This document shows, one piece after another, positions 14,110-26,868 of a stretch of DNA of 64,000 nt. The notes under the pieces are model-generated. The model ran no database searches and was not told the origin of the DNA. It was given only the letters and a program-made list of their open reading frames with translations. A program made the position numbers and the translations under genes. The DNA lies in assembly GCA_951406725.2 (NCBI GenBank), contig OX597826.1:2356001-2420000 (forward strand), in the 5' to 3' direction. How positions within the stretch are numbered: position 1 is the first letter of the stretch; every line of letters starts with the position of its first letter. Source of the DNA: Octopus vulgaris. Its lineage: Eukaryota.

Positions 14110-14441
14110 CAGTGATCGTAGGAGCACTAGGAATGATCAAGAAGGGAACCGAAAATTATATGAGAATGATCCCTGGCTTACCATCCCTGCAAGAAGTGCA
14201 TAAGATTGTCTTAACTGGTACATCACACGTATTGAGAAGAGCATTGTCGATGTGTGAACTATTATTACCCATGTATTTTAATTTAACTTTATTTCTATCA
14301 AAAAAAAAAAAAAAAAGAAATGAACGAACTAGTGAGTTTAGTTTAATGGCCTACCAATGTATACTATGAGTTTCTTTGCCCTAGGAGTCGGGAAGACAGT
14401 CGGCAAGAAATGGAAGCAAATTTGAAAGAAAAAAAAATGAA
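14108..14441 (+). mobile_element. Dong/R4-clade non-LTR retrotransposon 3' end (subfamily 2)
   Basis: PVIVGALGMIKKGTENYMRMIPGLPSLQEVHKIVLTGTSHVLRRALSM is homologous to the C-terminus at 21480-21630; flanked by (AAT)n on both sides. Confidence 0.85.
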
Positions 14442-14640
<199 letters not shown>

Positions 14641-14689
14641 ACAACAAGAGCAGCAAGAGCAGCAACCACAACAACAGTAATTAGTGCTG

Positions 14690-15210
14690 TACCACTCAAT
14701 GTACCACTCTTGTCTACTGATATTAATTGATTGAAAGTGTTAGCATTTACATGTATTGTCTTGGTGTGAAAAATGGGTTACAGGAAATATTCTGCTCAAT
14801 TCCACAGATTTGCTTCACTTTAACCGGTTAAGCCTGTCCCTTCATCGTTGACAATATGTGCATCTCTGATCGTGAGCACAAGTCATGTGATGAGAGGAAA
14901 TCATTAGGCTTTGAATAATTCACCTCTCAAAACATGAGCGTTTCTTCATCATCCTTAAACCACCCTTATTCAGCGAGCTTTTGAGTGGGATGGGTCACTG
15001 GACTTCAATAAGATTCTAACTGCAAAGTCATACGCAGTTTAACTTGATACGAGTTCACCATTCCATGCATGTATGGTTGTGATGCGTGCGCCTCGGTGTA
15101 CCCTTATTAGACGGGTACTCATGGTACTTATATTGGGTACTCTGGTACTTATATACTTCGTATATTTGTACCCTAGTGACATTTTGATGGCATGCATTGT
15201 TCTCTCACTC
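14690..15210 (+). mobile_element. ~550-bp non-coding (AAT)n-flanked element, diverged copy
   Basis: Collinear with 15871-16425 and shares the 3' end ctctcactc-(aat)n. Confidence 0.85.
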
Positions 15211-15223
15211 AATAATAATAATG

Positions 15224-15309
<86 letters not shown>

Positions 15310-15311
<2 letters not shown>

Positions 15312-15440
15312 GAAACGCTCATGTTTTGAGAGGTGAATTATTCAAAGCCTAATGATTTCCTCTCATCACATGACTTGTCTCACGATCAGAGATGCACATA
15401 TTGTCAGCGATGAAGGGACAGCTTAACCGGTTAAAGTAAG
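15310..15440 (-). repeat. Local inverted copy of 14813-14946
   Basis: Reverse complement carries the variants private to the neighbouring copy (aagtcatgtgatgagaggaaatcattaggc). Confidence 0.9.
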
Positions 15441-15444
15441 TGAC

Positions 15445-15855
15445 TGTCCCAATCGATATAAACGTATCTGTCAAGACCTACCAAAAACTGAGCAAATATA
15501 AAGATCTTGAAATAGAAATCAGCAAATGTGGAAGCTGAAGACTAAAACAGTACCTGTTGTCATAGTACCCAGGAAACAAAATGGCAGAAGTTCAAAAGAT
15601 AGCTCATGGGAACTGCTCATATCCTACGCAAAATACTCTCTATGTAATTCAAGGTTTAAAACAAACATAATTTTCGGTTTAAAAAAAAAAAAAAAAAACC
15701 TTTTTTTTTTAGACATTCATTAGTACAACATCCCACCCCAAATATATGGCACACTAGGCATAACAACAACATGAACTCCAACCTGTTGTCTCTTGAGGTC
15801 TCTGGTGAGACTTGGAGCCAACTTGTACAAATATAAAGCAAAAGTCAAACATAGA
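15445..15855 (+). mobile_element. Dong/R4-clade LINE 3' end (subfamily 3)
   Basis: VPIDINVSVKTYQKLSKYKDLEIEISK / MWKLKTKTVPVVI ... MGTAHILRKILSM*, then 3' UTR and (AAT)n. Confidence 0.85.
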
Positions 15856-15870
15856 ATAATAATAATAATA

Positions 15871-16425
15871 AATGCCCTGATGCAGTACAGGCAGTGGCTC
15901 TCATGGCTTCTGATCTTAACTGATTGGAAGTGTTATCATGTACATTGTTTTGTCTTGGTATAAAAGATGGGCTACAGCAAATATTCTGCTCAATACCACA
16001 GATTTGCTTGTCAGTTGTTTGACCTTAACCAGTTGACCATGTCCCTTAGTAGCTGACGACATGTGCATCTCTGATCACGAGCAGAAGTAGTGGGGGAGCA
16101 CCATAGCCATGTGTTGAGAGGGATTCTTTGGGGTTTGAATAATTCACCTCTGAAAACATGGGTGGTTCTTTCAACATCCTTAAACAACCCTTATTCAGGG
16201 ACCGTTTGAGCGGGATGGGCTACTCAACCTGAAGAAAATTCTAACTGGGCCCCACCTGCAAGGTCATGTGCTATTTATCTTGATATGAGATCACCATGTC
16301 GCGCACACATGGTTGTGATGCATGTGCCTGGTGTACCTTTATCAGACGGGTAGTCATGATGGGTATATTGGGCTTCGTATATTTTACCCCAGTGTCACTT
16401 TGATGGCATGAACTGCTCTCTCACT
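15871..16425 (+). mobile_element. ~550-bp non-coding element bounded by (AAT)n on both sides
   Basis: Second copy at 14690-15210; no recognisable ORF, tRNA head or TIR. Confidence 0.85.
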
Positions 16426-16426
16426 C

Positions 16427-16537
<111 letters not shown>

Positions 16538-16539
16538 AA

Positions 16540-16693
16540 GAAATTCTTTGAAACCGATGTATCAATTCCAATAGATGACATTGTTCCTCTAAAAGAAACG
16601 GAGAAACATTCGAAATACAAAGAGCTGGAAATAGATGTAACTCGAATGTGAAGCCTAAAAACAGAAAGAGTTCCTACTATAGTAGGCTACTGA
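16540..16693 (+). mobile_element. Dong/R4 subfamily 1 fragment with internal deletion
   Basis: DVSIPIDDIVPLKETEKHSKYKELEIDVTRM; jumps from atagtagg straight to the terminal ctactg-aataat. Confidence 0.85.
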
Positions 16694-16789
16694 ATAATAA
16701 CAATAATAATAATAATAGTAGTAGAAATAATAATAATAATGATGATGATGATGATAATGATGATGTGATGATGGTGACGATGATGATGG

Positions 16790-17790
16790 TTTCATAATTA
16801 GGTACAAAGCTAGTAATTTCGAGGGAGATAGTAAGTCGATTACATCGACTCGAGTGCTCATCTGGTACTTACTTTGTCAACCCCTAAAGTATGAAAGATA
16901 AAGTCGATCTTGGCGGCATTTGAACTGAGATCACGAAGATAGACGAAATTCCGCTAAGCATTTCGTCCGGAGCCGTAACAATTCTACCAATTCAACGTCC
17001 AAGGCACAAGGCCTGAAATTTGGGGCAGGGGACTAGTCGATTACATGGACCCCAGTACGCAGTTGGTACTTTATTCATCGACCCTATACGATGGAAAGCA
17101 GATTTCAACTCAGAACGTAAATGAAGACGTAATGCCGCTAAGCATTTCGCCCGGGGTGCTAACGCCTCTGCCAGCTCGCCGCCTTAGTACAATCAAAATA
17201 ATATTTTCTATTCTAGTCACAAAGCCTGAAATTTGGGGAAGGGGACAAGTCAATTACATCGATCCCACTGACACTTAATTTATCGACCAAGGGAGGATGA
17301 AAGGCAAGTCGACCTCGACGGAATATCAAATTAGAACGTAACGACAGACGAAATGCTGCTAAGAATTTCTCCCTGCTTGCTAACGAATCTTATTTCTTTA
17401 CTACCTACAAGGGGACAAACAAGGACAGACAAACGGATTAAGTCGATTTTATCGACCCCAGTACATAACTGGTACATATTTAATCGACTCCGAAAGGACG
17501 AAAGGCGAAGTCGACCTCGGCGGAATTTGAACTCAACGTAGCGGCAGACGAAATACCAATTTTTTTTACTACCCACAAGGGGCTAAACACAGGAGGGACA
17601 AACAAGGACAGACAAATGGATTAAGTCGATTTTATCGACTCCAGTGCGTAACTGGTACTTATTTAATCGACCCCGAAAGGATGAAAGGTAAAGTCGACCT
17701 CGGCGGAATTTGAACTCAGAACGTAGAGACAAACGAAATGCCGCTAAGCATTTCTCCCTGCGTGCTAACGATTCTGCCAACTCGCCGCCT
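16790..17790 (-). mobile_element. Head-to-tail cluster of five SINE family B copies
   Basis: Repeated aaagtcgacctcggcggaatttgaactca and ccgctaagcattt cores; units about 16790-17000, 17000-17190, 17200-17385, 17390-17555, 17560-17790. Confidence 0.88.
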
Positions 17791-18289
17791 TAGTACAAGC
17801 AAACTAATAAAACATTAAAAGTATACCAACTTTAAAAAGGAACACACAGTTAATATAATACTAATTACACCGAGTCTGAATATAATTTAAGATGTTTGCT
17901 TCCGGAATGATGTTTTTTTGGTTTCTACTTTCGTTGAAGCAAGGTTCACCTGATACGAAATAACAGTAACTAACATCAAAATACTCATGCCTTTATTACT
18001 CCATGATATTATTGCATCAAACAATCTGAACATGCTTCAATGGAAGTTTGTATTTTGAAGCGATTAACAAACACACGGCGAAATCACGGCAGTGTGAAGA
18101 AGAGAAAAATACAATAAATTGCCCAAGAAGAAGAAGATAAAATATTAATATTCGCTTTCGGTGTGTCGTTGGCTGCAATCACAAACAAGCGCTCCGTGCG
18201 ATGTCAGCAATGGCTGCTTTGACAACCGTGCCAAACACCGGATGTTGGTTTTGAGAGCGTTTCTAGTTAACCGATACCACCGTTACCCT

Positions 18290-18310
18290 CAGCCTCTTCT
18301 CCTTCTCCTT

Positions 18311-18364
<54 letters not shown>

Positions 18365-18612
18365 AATCTGCTGCTGCTGCTGCTGATACCACTACCACTG
18401 CTACTACAGCTGTTGCTGCTGTTGCTAGTACTACTACTATTACAACAACAACAACAGCAACTACTACTAACATCCCTACCACCATCATTACCACTACTAC
18501 GACTAGCAACACCACAACCATTCCAACACCACTACGACCAGCAGCACTACCATATTGACCATCACAACAATAACCACCACCTCAATACTATAACACCATA
18601 ACACTACTACTT

Positions 18613-18660
<48 letters not shown>

Positions 18661-19460
18661 ATACTACTATTACTATTGCTACTATTACCACTATTACTAC
18701 TACTAGTTGTATTACATTCCTTACAATCAGCACTACACTACCACCGCTACAACTAATATAACCCTCACCCACCACTACTGATCGTTCTCTTACTACTACT
18801 GGTGGTGGTGGTAGTGATGGCGATGGTAGTGGTGGTGGTGGTAATGGTGGTGGTGGTAATTATGTTGGCTGTAGTGGTGATGATAGTGGTGGTGGTCGTG
18901 ATGTGGTTGTAATGGTTGTGGTTGTAGTGGTGGTGGTTACAATGTTGGTGGTTGTTGTGATGATGGTGGTAGTGGTGGCGATAGTGGTAGTGGTGATGGT
19001 TGTGGTGGTGATGGTTGTGGTGGTGGTGATGGTGGTCGTGGTAGTAGTGGTGGTGGTGGTGGTGGTGGTGATGGTGGTGGTGGTAGTGGTGGTAGTGGTG
19101 GTGGTGGTGATGGTGGTGTTTGTAGTGGTGATGGTAGTGGTGGTAGTCGTCTTGATGTGGTGGTGATGGTTGTGGTGGTAGTGGGGCTGGTTGTAATTGT
19201 GGTGGTTGTAGTGATGATGGTGGCAGTTGTGGTGGTGATCTTGGTGTTGGTGATGGCTGTGGTGGTGGTGATGGCGATGGTAGTTGTGGTACTAGTTGTG
19301 GTGGTGGTAGAGGTGGCGCTGGTCGTGATGACGTGGTATTGTTTGTGGTGGTATTGGTGGTGTTTGTAATTGTGGTGGTTGTAGTGATGATGGTGGTAGT
19401 TGTGGTGGTGGTGACAGTCATGGTAGTGGTGGTGTTGTTACTACGGTGGTGATGACACTG
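18290..19460. repeat. Low-complexity trinucleotide array: (CTA/CCA/CTG)n followed by (GTG/GTA/ATG)n
   Basis: Direct read; generates poly-T/H/P/V/L ORFs. Confidence 0.93.
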
Positions 19461-19969
19461 CGTGTGGTATGGTTCGAGTGACCCCTCGCCTTGCAGCGAC
19501 GGTTGGCAATGATGCCGTGGCTGCCTGCAACAAAACTAACAAACCTCACCAAATCCAATTAGATCCAACGATTCACTGCAGTTGGAACGCTCTTAATTAA
19601 GTGCACGTAGTTCAGCAGGAAGTAGCTACCAAATAATGCACCGGTGCACCAACGAACTGCACTTTACAGGGGAGTAACTGGTGCTACTGCAGCTAGCGCT
19701 GCTGCAGGTGCTGTTCCTGATGCAACACAATAAAACTATTTTGTTCCTGCCACTGTTTCCTTTAACAACAACAATAAAAAAAAACTGCAACAATGACGAT
19801 GGTAATCTTATCCCCCACCTGTTCTTCCTTCGCCTCATCTCTTCCTCCACCATCTCTTCCACTTGCACTACGTCACAAATAACGAAAACAACAATAATAA
19901 TCCTTGTCTACTATCGGCGCAGGGCCAGGCGTTTTGAGGGATGCAGCCAGACGAATTTCATGGACACCA

Positions 19970-20130
19970 GTGTTGGAGTGGCTGTGTGGTAGGTAGCTTG
20001 CTTACCAACCACATGGTCCCGAGTTCAGTTCCACTGCGTGGCACCTTCGGCAACTGTCTTCTACTATAGCCTCGGGCCGACCAAAGCTTTGTGAGTGGAT
20101 TTGGTAGACGGAACTGGAAGGAGCCCGTCG

Positions 20131-20163
<33 letters not shown>

Positions 20164-20399
20164 GTATATGTATGTGTGTATATGTTTGTGTATCTGTGTT
20201 TGTCCCCTCAACATCGCTTGACAACCGATGCTGGTGCGTTTACGTAACTTAGCGTAACTTAGCGGTTCGGCAAAAGAGACCGATAGAATAAGTACTAGGC
20301 TTACAATGAATAAGTCCTCGGGTCGACTTGCTCGACTAAAGGCGGTGCTTCGGCATGGCCGCAGTGAAATGACTGAAACAAGTAAAAGAGTAAAAGAGA
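19970..20399 (+). mobile_element. SINE family A, full length, nested in an old family-B copy
   Basis: ggagtggctgtgtggtaggtagcttgc...gagttcagttcc tRNA-like head; tail gtaaaagagtaaaagag; family-B halves at ~19900-19969 and ~20401-20500. Confidence 0.92.
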
Positions 20400-20504
20400 A
20401 ACTCTGAAAGGATGAGAGTCAAAGTCAATTCCTGGCAACGTTTGAACTCTGAACGCCCTGTCGTAAGAGGTGTCGCTCTGAATTTTATCTAACCTGGTAA
20501 TGAT

Positions 20505-20710
20505 ACTTTTCTTTTCTACTCTAGGTACAAGGCCAGAAATTGGTGGGGAGGGAGCCGGACGATTATTTCGACCCCAGTACGCAACTTTTATTTATTGTAT
20601 CGACTCCTAACTGATGACCAATTAAGTCGACCTCGGCAGAATTTGAACATAAAATTTTAACGCAGATAAAATGCCGCTAAGCATTTTGCCCCGCGTACTA
20701 ACGATTCCGG
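20505..20710 (-). mobile_element. SINE family B
   Basis: aagtcgacctcggcagaatttgaac...gccgctaagcattttgccc. Confidence 0.8.
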
Positions 20711-20969
20711 CCAGGAGCACTCCCCCCTCCCAGCTTGTTAGCAAATTACAAAAAAATCCCAGCTATTGGTACCTCACATGTTCTAGATAAATCCCTCTCT
20801 ATATAAATGCAGCCACACTCACTCAGACATCAGTGTTTTCAATAGCATCGCTGCTAGCTTCTTAGCATTTTCATACGCAAAACCTTGTTTCCTTTGCCGT
20901 TTCTTGTTGAAATTTGAGTGTAACTCATATTAAGTAAAACAAAATAACAAAAAAATAACAACAGTAATG

Positions 20970-21184
20970 ATAGTCCATTTTACTGACGGCACGAAGTCTG
21001 AAATTTGGCGGAGGGGTTAAGTCGTTTATATCGACCCCCAGAGTTTCACTGGTTGTTAGTTTTACGACCCCCAAGAGATTAAAGGCACAGACGATCTCGG
21101 CGGAATCTGAACTCAAAAAGTAAAGGCGGGCGAAATGCTTAGCAACATTTCGGCCTGTGTTCTATTCTGCTAACTCGCCGCCCT
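20970..21184 (-). mobile_element. SINE family B
   Basis: tcgacccccagagtttcactgg...ctcggcggaatctgaactca...aactcgccgcc. Confidence 0.8.
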
Positions 21185-21207
21185 CATAATAATAATAATA
21201 ATAACAA

Positions 21208-21730
21208 CAGAAAAAAGATGGTATAGGCACACACCAGAAAAGGTCACAGAAAACGAGAAAGCAACCATACTCTGCGATATGCCAATACACACAGATAGCT
21301 AAATTAAGGCCAACAGACCAGATATAGTTGTCAGAGATCATGAAGAAAAGAAATGCTTTCTAATTGATGTATCAATACCGGCAGATGACAACGTGTCTCT
21401 AAAAGAAATGGAGAAACTTTCAAAATACAAAGACCTGGAAATAGAGGTAACCAGAATGTGGAATCTAAAAACAGAAACAATTCCTATCATAGTAGGTGCA
21501 TTAGGCATGATAAAAAAATATTCAGACAAATACATAACAAAAACACCAGGACTTACAAACACATATAACATACAGAAAAGTGCATTTCTAGGCACTGCAC
21601 ACATCCTACGCAGAACACTTTCCATACAATAACCATCAGAGCATCACAACAAATCACAGCACATACCCAAGGCACAGAGAGCTGTGCTCGGTAGTGAAGT
21701 GAAAGCACGCTATAAAAATAAAACTACTGA
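21208..21730 (+). mobile_element. Dong/R4-clade LINE 3' end (subfamily 1) with restriction-like endonuclease
   Basis: WYRHTPEKVTENEKATIL..IKANRPDIVVRDHEEKKCFLIDVSIPADDNVSLKEMEKLSKYKDL..GALG..GTAHILRRTLSIQ is a PD-(D/E)xK REL domain; (AAT)n on both sides. Confidence 0.92.
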
Positions 21731-21748
21731 ATAATAATAATAATAATA

Positions 21749-21785
<37 letters not shown>

Positions 21786-21792
21786 ACACACA

Positions 21793-22232
21793 TACACACA
21801 GATAGAGAAATTAAAGCCAACAGACCAGATATAGTTGTCAGAGATCATGAAGAAAAATAATACTTTCTAATTGATGTATCAATACCGGCAGATGACAACG
21901 TGTCTCTAAAAGAAATGGAGAAGCTCTCAAAATACAAAGACCTGGAAATAGAGGTAACTAGAATGTGGAATCTAAAAACAGAAACAATTCCTATCATAGT
22001 AGATGCATTAGGCATGATAAAAAATATTCAGACAAATACATAACAAAAACACCAGGACTTACAAACACATATAACATACAGAAAATTGCACTACTAGGCA
22101 CTGCACACATCCTACGCAGAACACTTTCCATACAATAACCATCAGAGCATCACAACAAATCACAGCACATACCCAAGGCACACAAAGCTGCGCTCGGTAG
22201 TGAAGTGAAAGCACGCTATAAAAATAAAACTA

Positions 22233-22236
<4 letters not shown>
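21793..22236 (+). mobile_element. Second, near-identical Dong/R4 subfamily 1 3' end in tandem
   Basis: Aligns with 21287-21730 with few substitutions; identical terminus aaaataaaactactg-(aat)n. Confidence 0.93.

Positions 22237-22311
<75 letters not shown>
22236..22311. repeat. (AAT)n microsatellite
   Basis: Direct read. Confidence 0.97.
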
Positions 22312-22312
<1 letters not shown>

Positions 22313-22485
22313 GCCTCCAAGTTTCACGGGGTGGGGCTACTTGACTCTATAGAGCCCTGCACAACTGGTACTTATCTTATCGCCCCTGAAATAACGAAAG
22401 GCAATGTCGACTTCGATGGAATGAACTGCGAAAGTAAGAACAAACGTTTTATCTTTCCTGCTGACGTTTCTGCCATCCAGTGACC
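22312..22485 (-). mobile_element. SINE family B, degenerate
   Basis: caactggtacttatcttatcgcccctgaaataacgaaaggcaatgtcgacttcg. Confidence 0.7.
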
Positions 22486-22494
22486 TTTCAATAA

Positions 22495-22950
22495 TCTTTT
22501 CTATTCTATGCACAAAGCCCAGAATGTTTGGGGAGGGGGGCATTCGATTCCATCGACCCCGTACGCAACTGGTATTTAATAAGGCGGCGAGCTGGCAGAA
22601 ACGTTGGCACGCCGGGCGAAATGCTTAACCGTATTTCGTCTGCGTTACGTTGTGAGTTGAAATTCCGCCGAGGTCGACTTTGCCTTTCATTCTTTCGGGA
22701 TCGATAACTTAAGTACCATTTACGCACTGGGGTCGATGTAATCGCCTTAATCCGTTTGTCTGTCCTTGTTTATCCTCTCTGTGTTTAGCCCATTGTGGGT
22801 AGTAAAGAAATAGGTATTTAATTTATCGACCCCGAAAGGATGAGAGGCAAAGTGGACCTCGGCGGAATTTGAACTCAGAACGTAAAGACAGACGAAATAC
22901 CGCAAAACATTTCGCTTGGGGAGCTTACATTTCTGTCAGCTCACCGCCCT
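22495..22950 (-). mobile_element. SINE family B host copy split by an inverted family-B insertion
   Basis: Halves 22495-22580 and 22823-22950 rejoin into a normal minus-strand copy. Confidence 0.88.
22581..22812 (+). mobile_element. SINE family B, full length, with 10-bp target-site duplication
   Basis: aaggcggcgagctggcagaaacgtt...gagttgaaattccgccgaggtcgac...; ggtatttaat at 22571-22580 and 22813-22822. Confidence 0.92.
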
Positions 22951-24289
22951 GTAGCCTTTCAATAATAATAATAATAACAATAATAGTAATAATTTTTTTC
23001 GTATGTGTTAGGGTTCACGGCACTAAGAAAAAGTAATTAAGGTGAAGTGCGAAAGAAAATATAAAATATACAGTGATGAATATTTTACCAGGATTGAAAG
23101 AGCCGCGCAGACTATAAAAATAAAAGACACATATTGATAAATTGATAATAAGAAGCAGGACTAACTCTATATTAACGCAAAATAAGTCCAAGACGGAAAG
23201 AAAAGTGTGTATGAGTAAACCTAGTTATAACAATCTGTTTTGTTCTTATTTGTAATTTGGGAAAAAAGATTCGTGGCAAACCATTCGGCTACAACGCCGG
23301 GTTGACCTGACGCAAAGCCAGATCACGTGTTTACTGTTAGTTCTTGTTTCCAATTTGTAACCATATAACTAGAATAGGTCTTACCAATATTTTACAAAAT
23401 TTGCTGGAGGTCATCACCTCCAAATCTACGCTTGGCTGAAGACGGCTTGGTTATGGGAGACAAACCTACCCTCAAGTATGTCCATTGGTTGAACTTCGCA
23501 GCGTCTCACCCTGCAACCACCAGACAACTGAAGGCCATTCTCACTTTTAGTGGAAGAAGTGTGGACGGTCATGTGATCATCATGAGAGATTTGACTGGCT
23601 GAAAACAGGGCTTAACACGCATATGTAAAAGAGAAATAAAAAAAACACACTATATATTAGTACTAATGCAAGAACTCTAAATGAATGCCTGCTGGACGAT
23701 TTTGTCACAGTTGGTCGTATGGTATCGGACAGGTTCCGATGATAGAGTCACCAACAAGGTCATGTCTACAGAGTTTTATCCCGTAAAATAAGGCACTCTT
23801 ATAAAACTGGCAGGCGAAGGATATTTGGAAAGTCTTCATACTGTCCATCAAAGAATGTTATGTTACAGATTTAAAAAATCGCTTTGAATCCGTCATCGTT
23901 CGTATCCTTCAATAACCATTTATAGCATTTCAGGATTGAATTCTCAATGAGAAGTCAATCCTTGTATACTATATGGTAGTGTTAGTAGAGTTCTACGATT
24001 ACCCGGCAACATCCTAGAAACCAAACTCAGACTGTGCTAACCTAAGATCTTGCTTGAAACGGAACAGCATCTCATTCACGGAGACGAGATTTTATAAGAT
24101 ATGTTGAACGAACAACGTCTATAATTTTTACCACGACAATGTCTTCATGGAAAGTGTACATGTGTATAAGATTCACCTAGTGCCGGTCAATCATCGGCCT
24201 CAGCATCCCGGCTCAGCATCCCAGTTGGTGCTCAATGTAGCTGAGTTCACTGCTGCAACTTGGAAATAGCACACCATAAGGGTTTATTT

Positions 24290-24540
24290 GTTGCATATTT
24301 AGCTGCTATTTTTAGCGTGTCGGATGAACTATGTCTCGCGAGTTTAGTGCAAGAGATATCTGTATTCGTTTCAGAGAATGATGAACGGCACTGGTCAGGA
24401 GTCTTATTCCAAATGTGTTTGCATTCGTACGTTGTTAGAAGTAATGCTATTTCGTTTATATGTCTGAGGTCACCGAAAAATATCACAAACCTCAGTCAAG
24501 TATATATTTGACAATAGCCAAAGAGCTAGCTTTCAAGGAG
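24290..24540. repeat. Unclassified dispersed repeat, copy 1
   Basis: Homologous to 28650-28930 (gtacgttgttagaagtaatgctatttcgtttatatg vs gtacgtggttagaagtaattctatttcatttatatg). Confidence 0.75.
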
Positions 24541-25529
24541 TCGAAAATCCAAGATGTGGTAGCTGGAAGCAGGGTGTGAGAGTTGCCCCAGAACCCAGTC
24601 GGTCTTCCTTCAAGTCGAGTCAACTGCTGAAATATGAAGCGACACGCTCTGCTCAATACGATCTGAAGGAATATCACGAACTGGATACTGTAACCATCAG
24701 TCCACAGAAGTTTCCTTAACGGTTATATAGATTGTACTTCTAACCTGTCAAGTGTGTACGCAGAAGCTTTATCGTTTAGGCTCAGATTTAATTATTTAAT
24801 TTACAAAGAAAATACCGTTGTTGCTGTTACTCACGTCTAAGATCTCAACGTCTTCTTTCTGAGTGAGATATGCAATTGATATAAACTTTCCACCACACTT
24901 GTACATTTAAATAATTACACTAAAAGAAACAGAAAAGTCAGTGAAAATTGACTTCACTCTATCCATTCTTCACATCATCCTTCTTCGTATTCAATCATTA
25001 TTTTACTGATAATGTATCAAGCATCGATCGAATCCAATGACTTCCTGCTTCACTGATTAATTAGCATTAGTCAATAGCGTTGGAGTACAATAGAAGTTTC
25101 ATTGCGTACAGTTTTATATACCAGCGTTCCACGCTTACTAATCAATCAAGCGATTATTGGAACAGATCTCCACGGTTAAGGCTTCTAATTGGCCCTATTC
25201 ACATCACAGAATAGAAAACCTTTTTATGGCCTTGTTTCAATTCTCTAGTTTCTACTATTACTTTTATTTATTATTTCTCTCTTTATTATTATTATTTTTT
25301 TTTGCATTTCTATTACAGAATTCCGTTCTTCGAGAGTGTAGCATGACAGATGGTTCTCTAATCGTGTATCTAATTAGGAGAACGCTCTATTTACAATGGT
25401 TCCTTTGTTTCAAACATTCACATCTTACGAATTCCATAGCTCTAAAATGGATCAATGGTCTAAGAAGATTTTCACCGAACTATGACAATTGTTATTATTT
25501 TTATTAGTATTATAACAATGTTAAATATA

Positions 25530-25606
25530 TATGTATATAGACATATGCACGTATGCATATTTATGTGCACGCATACACCCACACATACATATATATGTGT
25601 ATGCAC

Positions 25607-25680
<74 letters not shown>

Positions 25681-25962
25681 CAATCATAAGGGCGCATGCA
25701 TACGTTTACCCCCTGTATATTTGCTCCTGATGTTTTTTTTTAATAAATGTATATATATATATATAGATATGTAGAGGGAGAGAGAGAGAGAGTGAGAGAG
25801 ATAAAGAGAGACAGAAAGTGAGAGAGAGACAGAGAAATACGTAGATAGGTAGATATATATATATATATATATATATTTATACTGATACACATATACATAC
25901 GTCAATAAACATTTGTTTGTATGTGCATATGTATAACCATATATACATACACACACACATAC

Positions 25963-26006
<44 letters not shown>

Positions 26007-26151
26007 GGCCAAACACTTCCTTTATACAAATATGCAGCCAACTATATATATATATATATATTTTATATATATACACAGACATAAATATATATATACACAT
26101 ACATACATACATGTTTCATATATATATACATATACACACATATATACATAT

Positions 26152-26221
<70 letters not shown>

Positions 26222-26790
26222 GCAGGTATATATTTATATATATGTACGTATATTCACATAACTGATGCATACATATAATTGATTTATATAGTCATTCAAG
26301 TGAATTATCGGCATTCCATTGTTTCTCATTAGAGTCAGACATCAAGGAGAGAATACTTTTATTGATTTTTTTCCCCCCGTTTCTATATACTCAGGTAGTT
26401 TCATATCAGAAGTGAAATGAAGCTCTTCCAAATATGGCAAGAGAAATCGGTTCGAAAACTCACCTTAAAGTGAATTGCAGCTACCTCAAATAATTTGTTA
26501 TAAGTACGACGCGTTCGTATACGCATAAACGTGCATACATACAGTTATACATACGTATATATATACATACATGTATATAGGTATATGTATACCCACACGC
26601 ACTCATACACCCACACATATGGAAATATGTATGCTTGTATACATGTATGTATGTGTATGTACTCTTATATTGTTCCGACTCATCCGTCTAAAAGGCCCGA
26701 TATTGGGGGCGGGCATAGAAAACAAGCAAATAACTTTAACCGTTTTCATGAAGCCGTGGTAAATAGCAATCATGAACTGAGTGTAACATA

Positions 26791-26868
<78 letters not shown>

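Noticed and set aside
16790-17790. Regularly recurring ~30-bp motif suggestive of a CRISPR-like array
   Set aside because: The units are whole SINE copies with homologous spacers; eukaryotic context and no cas genes
18765-19421. 218-aa Thr/Pro/His-rich ORF resembling a His-rich structural protein
   Set aside because: It is a translation of a (GTG/GTA/ATG)n array; neighbouring frames give poly-V/M; no signal peptide or non-repetitive domain
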